Assembly (NCBI RefSeq): GCF_001194135.2
Contig: NC_068993.1
Location: forward strand, 14,767,530 to 14,801,707
DNA: 34,178 bases
DNA from: Octopus bimaculoides
Lineage: Eukaryota
Direction of reading: 5' to 3'
Positions 22,656-33,387 of this stretch are shown one piece after another (positions within the stretch are counted from its first letter, which is position 1; each line of letters starts with the position of its first letter). The notes beneath the pieces are model-generated. The model did no database searches and was not told where the DNA came from. It worked only from the letters and a program-made list of their open reading frames with translations. Both the position numbers and the translations under genes were made by a program.

Positions 22656-23045
22656 TGATTTACAGTCATGATCTATAGTAATTTTGCTATCCGTAGTTTA
22701 GAAACAAATTGCTGATTTATTTTGAACTTAGATACTATTTTTTTACATTGAGTGTTTCTGAAAAATAAACAAAATAAAAAAAAACATTATTTTATAGTTA
22801 ACTGTAATGATTTTCCTTTTATTTCTTTCATTCAACATTTGTTTCTTTCTCTCTTTTCTTCGTAATAATACAATCTATCAAAACATATTTTTCCCTTTGT
22901 TTGTATTAAACAAATATTATTCAGATAGTGCCCGTCTAGCAGATGTTTCCCGAACATATATTCACATGTGCTTTAAAAGAATCGGTAATTAGGTTGGCAA
23001 ATTTATTTGCATGTTTTCATATGAACTTCGATTATTTTCTCATAA

Positions 23046-23366
23046 NNNNNNNNNNNNNNNNNNNNNNNNNNNNNNNNNNNNNNNNNNNNNNNNNNNNNNN
23101 NNNNNNNNNNNNNNNNNNNNNNNNNNNNNNNNNNNNNNNNNNNNNNNNNNNNNNNNNNNNNNNNNNNNNNNNNNNNNNNNNNNNNNNNNNNNNNNNNNNN
23201 NNNNNNNNNNNNNNNNNNNNNNNNNNNNNNNNNNNNNNNNNNNNNNNNNNNNNNNNNNNNNNNNNNNNNNNNNNNNNNNNNNNNNNNNNNNNNNNNNNNN
23301 NNNNNNNNNNNNNNNNNNNNNNNNNNNNNNNNNNNNNNNNNNNNNNNNNNNNNNNNNNNNNNNNNN
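23046..23366. other. Assembly gap (321 N)
   Basis: N run. Confidence 1.
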
Positions 23367-23599
23367 TATATTGATATTACAAAGTAAAAGCTGCGTTAGT
23401 CATGTAAACATCAGTCGCACATTCATAGTCTATGTTTTTTGTTTAAACGCCTATTTGCTGTTGGGTAACGTCCGGAAAGCTGCCTGAATGGCGCCGTTTG
23501 TTAAAGTATACCTTGTCCCAGAGTACTCGAGACAATTCGCCCCGAAATGATCGAGAATTGTAGATAACGATATTTCGCCATTCTTGTGGCTTATCAATA

Positions 23600-23790
23600 A
23601 CATAAACTGGGATCGCTTCGAAACGAAATAAATCGCTGGTATCCACCATCTTTCGGCCGAACCTCTAATTGATGAAGTGGTACACAAATCAACACCGGTT
23701 GCCGCTTGCACAAACACAAACATAAATAGACATGCACATAGATATATCCAAACGTATATATATAATATACGCACACAGAAACATATATAT
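23600..23790 (-). mobile_element. SINE family B 3'/central fragment, diverged
   Basis: The reverse complement tgtgtttgtg...caaccggtgttgatttgtgtac...ttagaggttcggccgaaaga parallels gtgtttgtcc...gacaacc...gtgtttacgtcc...tagcggtttggcaaaa of the 20641 copy. Confidence 0.5.
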
Positions 23791-23918
23791 ATATAGGATC
23801 TGTTCAATTTCGCTCACAGTTATTTACTTATTTTTTTTAAACTAAACATTTTGAAACTTCGTACACTTGATGTAATTTCTCACGCTGAACACGGTTAACT
23901 TTCAACATTTTTGACAAC

Positions 23919-24611
23919 ATTTCCTATTTTAGAAGTTATTTTGTGTTAAATTTGTCATATTTGGATAATTTTAACCAATAAACGACGTCAATTCAATTGA
24001 AGAAATCTATCGCTGTTTGCGACAGTAATCGAAGAAGAACAACTTCTAGGTCATCTCTACTAAATGTCACCACTCTCTTCTATTCGCATGTCGAGCGAAG
24101 TGCTAAGCGAAAGTCTTTCTCCTTGGTCGTTACTGACACAAAAGGGAAGCCTTTCGCTGCAAGAAAGACGATGCCACATGTATCCTTTCTTCCTTTCTAG
24201 TCAGCACCGTGCATTCCTTACCTTTTCCATCTCGTCTGGCATACAGCCACTTCTACAATATCAACTCTCAACCAGCGAGCAAATTTATCACTGCCCTACG
24301 ATTCCTGCTGTATCTCTAACTATATGTCGGGCAAACGAATAAATATATGTAAATAATATTTCTTTCTTCTTGGTGTTGATTCTTCGATGTTCACTAATTA
24401 CTACATGAGAGCCACAAAAAAAACAGGCAGTAAACAAAAAAACAAAATACAACAGAGCGGTAACATTTAGTAAAAATGAACCAGATGTTGTTCCTCTTCG
24501 ATTACTATCGCGAAGAGCAGTAGCTTTCTTCAACTGAATACACGTCGCTGATTGGTTAAAATTACCCAAATACGACAACTTTAACACGAAATAACTTCTA
24601 AAATATGAAAT
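23919..24611. mobile_element. MITE-like foldback element with about 160-bp inverted arms
   Basis: 23919-24078 and 24452-24611 are imperfect reverse complements (roughly 80% by eye) around a spacer of about 370 bp. The ORF track mirrors this: DSNRRRTTSRSSLLNVT on + and DSNRRGTTSGSFLLNVT on -. Confidence 0.8.
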
Positions 24612-25679
24612 CTATATATTGTCTGTCTTTCAGCACACGATCTCAGATCAAGTCACTTGCTATGCAAGTACATCTCCATAATACTAATAGTAGGTTCAGT
24701 TTAATCAATAGTTTTTCGCCATCTTAGTATCTCTCAAAATGCCTGTGTCCAACTTCAATTAATGGAAAATATTTTCTAAGATGACGTACATTGTGATCCA
24801 ATCTATAAGAGCGAAGATGACTTATTCACACGACCATGTCTTCACAATACAGTCAGATAATCTCCCTTGGCTGCACTCTTACACATGAGTGTTTTACATT
24901 AAATACAGTAATGACATTTTGCTTATAAATTTGTACCTTGGCAAATATTTAATTGTCGAGCAACATCTGAACGAAGGCTACATTATACAAATAAATATTG
25001 CAACGGTGTTATACAAACAAATATAAATGGTTTTCTATCCTACATTTAAGAGAAATTTGTCTGTTTCAGCGCACGATGTAAAATCAACAGTAATAAATAA
25101 TGGGAGTATTAAAACTGATATCACTACAGAACTTCAAAGACATGCGAAGTAATTTATATGACATAGATGTCCTAAAATTAAAGTTCATGAAACTGTATGT
25201 ACGAGACATTAGAGTGCAAGGATAAATATTTTGCTAATCATATATTTTGATCATTCAGTGTTTTTGTCAGGATGTATTTATTGAAAAATTCATTGCACCT
25301 ACGCAAAAACATATATTGAACTTCAGCTTGTATATATTCGGGTCCGGTCGCCGTTTATCAGAAATTACTCGTGTATTTGTCACACAACATTTCTGAATAA
25401 GCAGCTACAAGAAAAAAAGAATAAAATAAATAAGAAACTAGGGAATACTGAATTTGGTTAGATTTTACCGTGCTTCTTTCATTGCAATTTACTGTCACAT
25501 ATATTCTCAATAGTTCTATGATTTTATTGTATGATGATAAAGTATAGATGCATATTTTATAGGTTACTGTACAAAATGTTATGTCTAGCTACCATATTAA
25601 AGTATAGATCATCTTCTCTAGTTGTTTCACTTCTTTATCAAACTTTTCCTCCAAATCCTCTTTTTGCCGTGTACATACG

Positions 25680-25868
25680 TATCATATATATGTATATATG
25701 TATGAGTGTGATTGTGTACGTGTGTGTATGTGTTTGTGTTGCATGTGTGTGTGTGTGTATGTTGGGGCAGAGGAGGAGATAGAGATATTTAGATACACAT
25801 TCATATAAATGTATAGAATACATGCACACACATATACGTATACATACAAATACATGTGCAATTGTGTG

Positions 25869-25908
<40 letters not shown>

Positions 25909-25983
25909 CATACATATATACATACATATATATATATGTATATACATGTATGTATATATATGTATATATGTATATATGTATAT

Positions 25984-26023
<40 letters not shown>

Positions 26024-26030
26024 TAATATA
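25680..26030. repeat. Long compound (AT)/(GT)/(AC)/(ACAT) microsatellite
   Basis: Direct reading. It is the source of six spurious ORFs. Confidence 0.95.
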
Positions 26031-26397
26031 TGTGGGCGCCTTCCTTTGTGTTTTTATGTGTACAATCGTGTATTCGTCATATTTCATTTTAATAAATAAA
26101 GTTCCTATTGCAGACGCCGGGAAATTTGCTGTGATGTTATTGCATTAGATTGAATGCCTTGCGGAATTCCTTCCGGGTTCCTTCGCTTAGCGATCAAGTA
26201 AAACGTAGCACAACTTTGTTTTACAATGATTCTGCAGCGCTGTTTCTGTTCCTCCTTGTCTCATTGACTGTTTCACATTCTGAAGGTGGTCACATTCTGC
26301 ATATCTGAAGATAGCAGAGCCTCTACCAGGTCTAACAATTAACAAGCCACATACGCAACCGTTACGCCCGCTTCAAGCGATACAGAAAGAGGAATTT

Positions 26398-26456
26398 GCG
26401 CGCGCGGGCGCTCGTGCGTGTGTGTGTGAGTGCGTGTGTGTGTGTCCGTGTGTGTG
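26398..26456. repeat. Alternating purine-pyrimidine (CG)/(TG) tract
   Basis: gcgcgcgcgggcgctcgtgcgtgtgtgtgtgagtgcgtgtgtg. Confidence 0.85.
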
Positions 26457-26458
26457 CA

Positions 26459-26853
26459 TTCTTTTATTTCTTTATTCTGTTACAGGTTTCAGTACTCTTG
26501 ATTGTGGCCATGCCGGAGCGCCGCCTTGTAGTCGAAGAAATCGACCCTTGGACATATTGTTTGTAAGTTTAATACTTATACTATCGTTCGCTTTTCGCCG
26601 AACCTCTAAATTACTGGGATGTAAAGACACTAATATCGTTTGTCAATCAATGGTGGGAGGTCAAACACAGACGGAAACACACAAATGTATATATATAAAC
26701 GACGGACTTCTTTCAGTTTCCGTCTACAAGTTCCACTCACAAGGCTTTGGTCAACCCAAGGCTCCAGTAGCAAACAACAGCCGAAGGTCCCACTCAGTGG
26801 GAGTGAACCCATGTTGCTGGGAAGCAAACTTTTTAGTCCACAGCCTCGCCTGT
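26459..26853 (-). mobile_element. SINE family B, near full length, more diverged
   Basis: The reverse complement is collinear with 20641-21052: head, ccaaagccttgtgagtgga..gtagacggaaactgaaagaag, gggtcgatttcttcgact, ggcggcgctccggcatggccac and an A-rich tail. Confidence 0.92.
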
Positions 26854-27453
26854 ATATATATATATATATACATGTATATATAGACTAAATTTAGATTCAG
26901 TATAGTATCTAATATCACTTGCTGAAATCATTTCCAACGCTCCAAAATAACCAGAATCTCACTCTAAAATACACACGAACAATACAATGAGCATTTGTGA
27001 TATAGACTTAACTTTGCGTTGAATAAAACAGTAAGTAATGTATATTTCAATACCAGCTGATTTCACCCTCTGTATGACCAACATACAACAGCATTTTCAG
27101 TTGAAAATAACATTTTAACAACTGTTTCAAAAATATTCACTACATTAGCTCTTGTGCGTTCCTTACTTTCAACGTCCCGCACCATTTAAAAGAAAACTAA
27201 CGTGAGCAAAATAAATAAAGAAAGATGTATAAATTTAAATAAAGATGTATTATTTCCGTTATAAATGAAATTAATAAGCTAATAATAAGGTGGCTAGCAA
27301 GTTTACATCTTCAAAGGCACAATATAATCTAAATTTATGATTAAGTAGGATATTTAATACCATTTGCTAAAATCAGAGCCACGCTCCCAAACCATAAGAA
27401 ACTATAAAGATATACACGCGAAATGCTATGGACATTTCGAGAAATAGGCTTAC

Positions 27454-27475
27454 CTGTAAAAGCTCATTTTTTGGC
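27454..27475 (-). other. Candidate 22-nt micro-exon containing a possible start codon
   Basis: The minus strand reads ggCTAACacgttcacacatttacAG|gccaaaaaATGagcttttacAG|GTAAGC. It has a consensus branch point (A 20 nt upstream of the exon), a YAG acceptor and a CAG|GTAAGC donor. Confidence 0.35.
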
Positions 27476-27895
27476 CTGTAAATGTGTGAACGTGTTAGCC
27501 ACGTTATTATTACCATATTAATATCATTAATAACGGTAATAATACATCTTTATTTAAATGTGTTTACAATAGTTCTAAGCAGGTTGTTACGACACGAAAA
27601 TATTGAAACTGCTTGCAATATCGGTTAAGAAAACCGTCATATAGTAGAGTAACTAAGTAGAAATTTTTGCCTAGGATATTGAGTAACGACATGCATACGA
27701 CGCTGTTTCATCAAATAAAAATCGTTAGAGGTAAGAAAGTAAATAAAATAAAACGAAGAAAGAAAAAATACGTATTATAGATCTTAACAGAAATACAAAT
27801 TAATGGTCGAAGGGAGATAAATCTAGCAAAATAATATTTTTGATCTACATAATTCAATCCATTGTGATTAACCCTATCAAATAATTATATGTACT

Positions 27896-28498
27896 NNNNN
27901 NNNNNNNNNNNNNNNNNNNNNNNNNNNNNNNNNNNNNNNNNNNNNNNNNNNNNNNNNNNNNNNNNNNNNNNNNNNNNNNNNNNNNNNNNNNNNNNNNNNN
28001 NNNNNNNNNNNNNNNNNNNNNNNNNNNNNNNNNNNNNNNNNNNNNNNNNNNNNNNNNNNNNNNNNNNNNNNNNNNNNNNNNNNNNNNNNNNNNNNNNNNN
28101 NNNNNNNNNNNNNNNNNNNNNNNNNNNNNNNNNNNNNNNNNNNNNNNNNNNNNNNNNNNNNNNNNNNNNNNNNNNNNNNNNNNNNNNNNNNNNNNNNNNN
28201 NNNNNNNNNNNNNNNNNNNNNNNNNNNNNNNNNNNNNNNNNNNNNNNNNNNNNNNNNNNNNNNNNNNNNNNNNNNNNNNNNNNNNNNNNNNNNNNNNNNN
28301 NNNNNNNNNNNNNNNNNNNNNNNNNNNNNNNNNNNNNNNNNNNNNNNNNNNNNNNNNNNNNNNNNNNNNNNNNNNNNNNNNNNNNNNNNNNNNNNNNNNN
28401 NNNNNNNNNNNNNNNNNNNNNNNNNNNNNNNNNNNNNNNNNNNNNNNNNNNNNNNNNNNNNNNNNNNNNNNNNNNNNNNNNNNNNNNNNNNNNNNNNN
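27896..28498. other. Assembly gap (603 N)
   Basis: N run. Confidence 1.
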
Positions 28499-28549
28499 TG
28501 TTACAGCATGTTGATTGCATAATAAAACAATTCGTTTTTTCCTATTCGC

Positions 28550-28762
28550 TTCAAATGTTCGCACTAGGCCAGCAATATCAGGTGACGGGCTAAGTTCGAT
28601 TAAATCAATCCCACTGCTCAACTGGCACTTATTTCTTAGAACCCGAACGGATGAAAGTTAAATTCGACAACAGTGATATTTGAAACCACAACCTAAAGAC
28701 GGACGAAATGCTGCTAAGCATTTTGTCCGCCATGCTAATTATTTTCTCAGCTTGCTGCCTTA
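28550..28762 (-). mobile_element. SINE family A, minus strand
   Basis: The reverse complement reads ggcagcaagctgag...ttagcatggcggacaaaatgcttagcagcatttcgtccgtcttta...gtcgaattt..tttcatccgttcggg...aataagtgccagttgagca. Confidence 0.88.
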
Positions 28763-28800
28763 TTTTAGAAATTATTTTTTTAATATTACAACTGCGCAAA

Positions 28801-28991
28801 AGCGGTGAGCTGGGAAAATCGTTAGCATGCCGGAGAAAATGATTAGAGGCATTTCATCCGTCTTTACGTTCCGTTTTCAAATTTCCTCAAGGACGCCTTT
28901 GCCTTACATCCTTTCAGGGTCGACAGAGGTTACATTTGAACACTGGGGTGGATGTAACGCCTTACACCTCCCCGAAAAATATGTGCCTAAG
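28801..28991 (+). mobile_element. SINE family A (first of a tandem pair)
   Basis: gcggtgagctgggaaaatcgttagcatgccgg...atttcatccgtctttacgtt...ctttgccttacatcctttcagggtcga...cactggggtggatgtaa. Confidence 0.88.
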
Positions 28992-29197
28992 ACGGCATAC
29001 TGGCAGAGTCGTTAGTAACGTAGGGCAGAATTCTCAACGTTCTGAGTTCAAATTGCACCGAGGTCGATTTTGCCTTTCATATTTTCATATTTTCAGGGTC
29101 GATAAATTAAGTACCGGTTGTGCACTGGTATCGTTGTAATAGACTTATACGTCGCCAGAAATTGCTGGCCCGGTACCAAAATTTTAAACTAATATTA
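28992..29197 (+). mobile_element. SINE family A (second of a tandem pair)
   Basis: tggcagagtcgttag...acgttctgagttcaaattgcaccgaggtcgattttgcctttcat...gggtcgataaattaagtaccgg...gaaattgctggcc...taatatt. Confidence 0.9.
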
Positions 29198-31989
29198 CAA
29201 ATGTGCCCCTCGTTTTTTTTCTTTTATATCATTATACCTGTCGACAGAATTGAAAAAAATCGTCATCAGTCAATTAGCAAAATTTGTTTTGTGTCGTAGG
29301 AGAAAAATATCGATAAATATAAATGCTGTTCTCCTTCAGTAATATCAAAGGCATTACATTATTTTCATTTCGGTATGTAATCTCTTAATATGCATTGCTA
29401 TATGTCTTTACATATAAGGAGCTGCAGAACTATATACTTTTATAAACGTGTTCGTATTTTCCAATACTACGTTAAAGTTCCCTTATGCATTCATTTTTTA
29501 TTTCATTTCTAATAGAATATATCCTAACAGGCATATTATAGCGATACATCAGTCTAGCTAAATTCCACATTATTTCATATTTTATTATTGAAATAGATAT
29601 CAAAGTAGGAACCATATTTGTATGATATAAATATTATATTACTGCAACCTTCGTAACAATGACTATGAAGTTTTGGTTTAATACAACATCTGCAACGTTT
29701 TTTTTTTCCTGTCATTCGTTTGGTTCTTTCGTTTTTGTGTTATTTTTCTCGTAAAACAAATATATATATCATATTTTCTGAGTATGTAAATTTTCGCCTC
29801 AAAACATACAAACAAGAATATGAATTTAAAAATTCAATATGCTATAGATTACGTTCAGAGAGATGATGTACTCCGGGGAGATGCAATTCAATGCCCTTAA
29901 TCGGGAAAATAGTTCATAACAAATCATCTTTTGGGTGTGTTTTCCATTTTCAAGAAATTATTGATTAGAAATTAAATTCTTGTTGAACTGAATATGGATA
30001 GAAAATTATGGTCTTCATGCCTTTCCCATGGGCATTAAGGCAATAAACGATGCAACTTCAACTGAGACTCGGATAATCGTAAACGTTATGATGAATCTAT
30101 TTTTCGAGATGTATCTCCTCGATGTTCAAATTGTATCTAAACATAACAAAATTAGATTTGCTATTCAAACAGAAAAGTCATTCTCAGCGGGGAAGAAATT
30201 TTGTAACTGCTTTGCATCTGAAAATCTATTTACTTTTTTTGTCTTCCACATGAGGTTTGTTAACTTTCCAAAGCAACTTTGTATATGATTCCACTTTCTT
30301 TTATCAACCTCCCGAAAGACTCCTAATTATATTATAAATCTAATTTATAAGTCCTCTATTTTGTTATTTCAATTTCACTTTCAAAAATTTGGCCTCTACC
30401 AATACAAACATACATATGCATTCTCATATAATATCGAAGATGTGAAAGTACATATATTGTATTATAGTTAAGCTATGGTTAGGGAATAATTTACCATCTA
30501 TTCAGTTATTATTCATCTACTTGAATATCGTAAAACATACGTCCGCTGTCATAAGGAAACGTTCAACAGTTAAATACATTAATATTTCCTTTTATAATAG
30601 CTGATACGTTAATTTTATTTCAAAATATTACCTTAAATTATAATTTCCTACTATATTTTTTCTAGCATATAGTTATTAAATTATACTTAGTAACAGCATC
30701 ATTTCATATTCGCACACTACTTCCGTTTCACCTTGTATAAGAATGGAAAATGCAGGGAAATCTGATAAAAAATTCTTCCTATAGATGCGTATTATATGTA
30801 CATTCAAGTTCGTCTTATGAAAATGTACATGACTGGGTGTTAAATTATGGGTTTCTTGGTATTTTATAAATAGTAAACTTAGTTGCGAATAATTCAATAA
30901 CACTTACTCTTGATACATATTTTATTGAAAAGCAAAGCCTAGGTGAAGTGGATATAGGAAGCTAAATACCGAGAAGCATTTAATTTGTCGCTCAATTGGT
31001 TAAGTCACTGGAAGAATCCCCCAGATTCTCTCAATTCCTTTCCTTTACATCAGCAAATATTAAGTAACTATGCTTGTTTAAGTGAAGTTGCTGAGTCGTA
31101 GCGGTTCTTCTGTTTGATATAAACATTTCGACATAAAAATAATAATATACTCACTGCATCGATGGTGATGATGTTGAAGATACGCTGATGAAATTTTAAT
31201 ATTTAAAACGGAACCCTTAACAAATGGTGGAAATTTTGTTTTATCCAAGGAGAGCCCTGGAGAAATTAGCTTTCGCGGTTGATGTTCCATGGGAAAACTA
31301 AGATTGTGGTCTAATCCTCTTCTCCTTCCCTAAATACATGTACCCAAAGAAGTAAATTTATTCCCAAATGTAGCAAGAATTGCGAACATGCCTTCCAGTA
31401 TTATATTTATGATGTATATGCAATGATTTCATAACAAGGTGGAGATTCGTCATCGCCATCAAGTAAAGCTCGCTCTCAGCAGTTTGAATACCATAAACTG
31501 CCATCTCTGTCTTCCTTGGACTATCTGTTTATATATACTTTCATTTTATTATGCGTCCACATTTTTGTTGTATTACTCTTTCTTAATTTTTCATTGATTT
31601 TGTCATCTATTAAAAAATCTTTATGAGCCATGTTTATTCGTTAGTGTCCAAAATATTTTATTATCCTAGTTCGTTGTGATATTTATTAAAATTATTGTAG
31701 TTTTTAGCACTCTTAGAGCTTTACCATTACTATAGTGTTCATCCCATGATATTTTCAAAAGACTTCAATATGTCCAAATCACAAAAGTTACTGATCATTT
31801 TTAATATAGGTTTGTTACATTTTATGCTTTATTTTCATGTAATATAAAGTTTGAATTTCGAACTATCCAAATGCTTAATTTTGACTCCTGTTTTAAACAT
31901 CTCGATGAACGTGTGGTCTATTATAAGTAGTCCCCAATCTGTTAAAAAATAACAATCACCAATTGTCCTTCAAATCCCAACCTTTCAGA

Positions 31990-32095
31990 AAATATAAGAA
32001 ACAGTACTACATGTAATCTGGCCATCTTGTTTAAGGTCTACCCTTGGGTCTCCAGCCGTAAAACGTGTCTAACCATTCTTTCCTGGGACTGTATC
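31990..32095 (-). mobile_element. RTE-like LINE RT C-terminal fragment (minus copy)
   Basis: The minus translation SQERMVRHVLRLETQG / GRP*TRWPDY is homologous to the plus copy at 32688-32764. Confidence 0.7.
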
Positions 32096-32554
32096 GTGAA
32101 AAAATGAGATAAACACAACGGCATAGCACTTGAACATATAGACTTCCGAATCAAACAAGGCTGATTTACTACTAAATATCCCCAATGACAAAGGAAACAA
32201 TGTTTCGGATCAACAAGAAGAAAGCACAAAACATTAATCGGTTTGAACTTGTGCTATATAGTAGAGTGGATTTGCGTTTGCATAGAACATAGCTATATTG
32301 CAATCGAGTATAATGAAATTTTAATTTATCGTACCAAATGCGCAGAAGGAATGACGGAAAAGTTAACGTTAAAAGAGCAATTTTCTTCGGATTATCAAAC
32401 TTGATTGCCACTTTCAGCTTTTGGTCATCAGTACAAGGGACACAGGTGAAAAAGCCAAAGTAACTATTTTCATTTAGTCGTTCGTTCTCACACTTATCTA
32501 TTGCCATGAATTTTGGGTAATGATAGAACATAAGCGGAAAAAATGGGGGGGGGC

Positions 32555-32880
32555 TCCGAACTGTTTCTAGAGTAACTTTAGCCGACTAAGTGCGTAGGTC
32601 GGGGATCAGAGAGGTGCTCTTCATAGGGCCGCTTTTTCTTTGAACTGGAAGATCTCAGTTCAAATATTAGTGGCATGCGGGAAGAATGTCCCAGGAAAGA
32701 ATCGCTAGAGAGGTTTAAACGGCTGGAGATCCAGGGGTAGACCTTGAAGATGGCCCGATTACATACAGTAGCTCAGCTTGTTTTGCTTGGTCATCCACCC
32801 GGATCAAAGGGGAGCTTGAGGACTCTGGCCACATGAGCCACTCCGGAATAAATGGTGATTGGATGATTAGATGATTAGGC
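32555..32880 (+). mobile_element. RTE-like LINE 3' end, decayed
   Basis: Across frameshifts it reads SRVTLAD*VRRSGIREVLFIGPLFL*TGRSQ / HAGRMSQERIAREV / RGRP*RWPDYI. This is typical of the RTE-clade C-terminus (xxGHxxRMxxxR...GRRPRGRPRxRWxD). It ends in a short gatta/gatga-type tail. Confidence 0.75.
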
Positions 32881-33139
32881 ATAAGCGAACTTTAGTTTAG
32901 GTAAAATATGATTGTAACATATTTAGACTTCAAAACGCACGTTTACTTCCAAATTTACTGCAAATTTACTGCATGGAGTATAACCAACATATCTGCCCAG
33001 ATCAGCCCCCCATTTGGAACCCCTGACGAGACGTTTGAAGTTCTTTAGCTGTATCAATGGCAAATACCGAAGTGAGGTAAATTTCACTAGATTTCAAGGC
33101 GCAGCTTTCAATAAAGGAGCCAAAAACATTGACTGAGTT

Positions 33140-33335
33140 GACCCAGTGGATCTTTAGTTAATGGTGCACTAGTATACCAATTGTCGGTTGTCATGTTGCG
33201 CCATGTGCCGCAGATTGGTACAGCAAGGCACAGCGTGATATCACGTGGCTTATTCGAAAGCTGAAACGGACCATCAAGTTTTTTTCCTAGGTACACTTCC
33301 ATATTGCACATGTAATTAGTTTTAGCGTCGCACAC
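33140..33335 (-). mobile_element. piggyBac-family transposase fragment (DDD domain, second catalytic Asp)
   Basis: CDAKTNYMCNMEVYLGKKLDGPFQLSNKPRDITLCLAVPICGTWRNMTTDNWYTSAPLTKD matches the piggyBac CDxxxxY...YxGK...RNITxDNWFTSxPL motif. Confidence 0.9.
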
Positions 33336-33387
33336 ACATATATATATATGTGTGTATGTGTGTGTGTGTGTGCGTGTGTGTGTGTAT
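33331..33387. repeat. (CA)(TA)(TG)n microsatellite abutting the piggyBac fragment
   Basis: Direct reading. Confidence 0.9.

Noticed and set aside
23489-23550. MAPFVKVYLVPEY resembles the C2-domain DPYVKVYL motif
   Set aside because: It is bounded by in-frame stops within about 20 codons and has no splice sites, so it is likely coincidence.
7149-28621. Long ORFs (up to 308 aa) containing X runs
   Set aside because: They are artefacts of reading through N-gaps.
30028-30288. 86-aa plus ORF, and an in-register antisense frame with GPCR-like hydrophobicity
   Set aside because: There are no conserved motifs, the antisense frame has stops, and hydrophobic runs are expected from AT-rich DNA.
31340-31410. 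NLFPNVARIANMPSS resembles the hAT C-terminal dimerisation motif
   Set aside because: The diagnostic downstream SERxFS motif is absent and the spacing does not fit.
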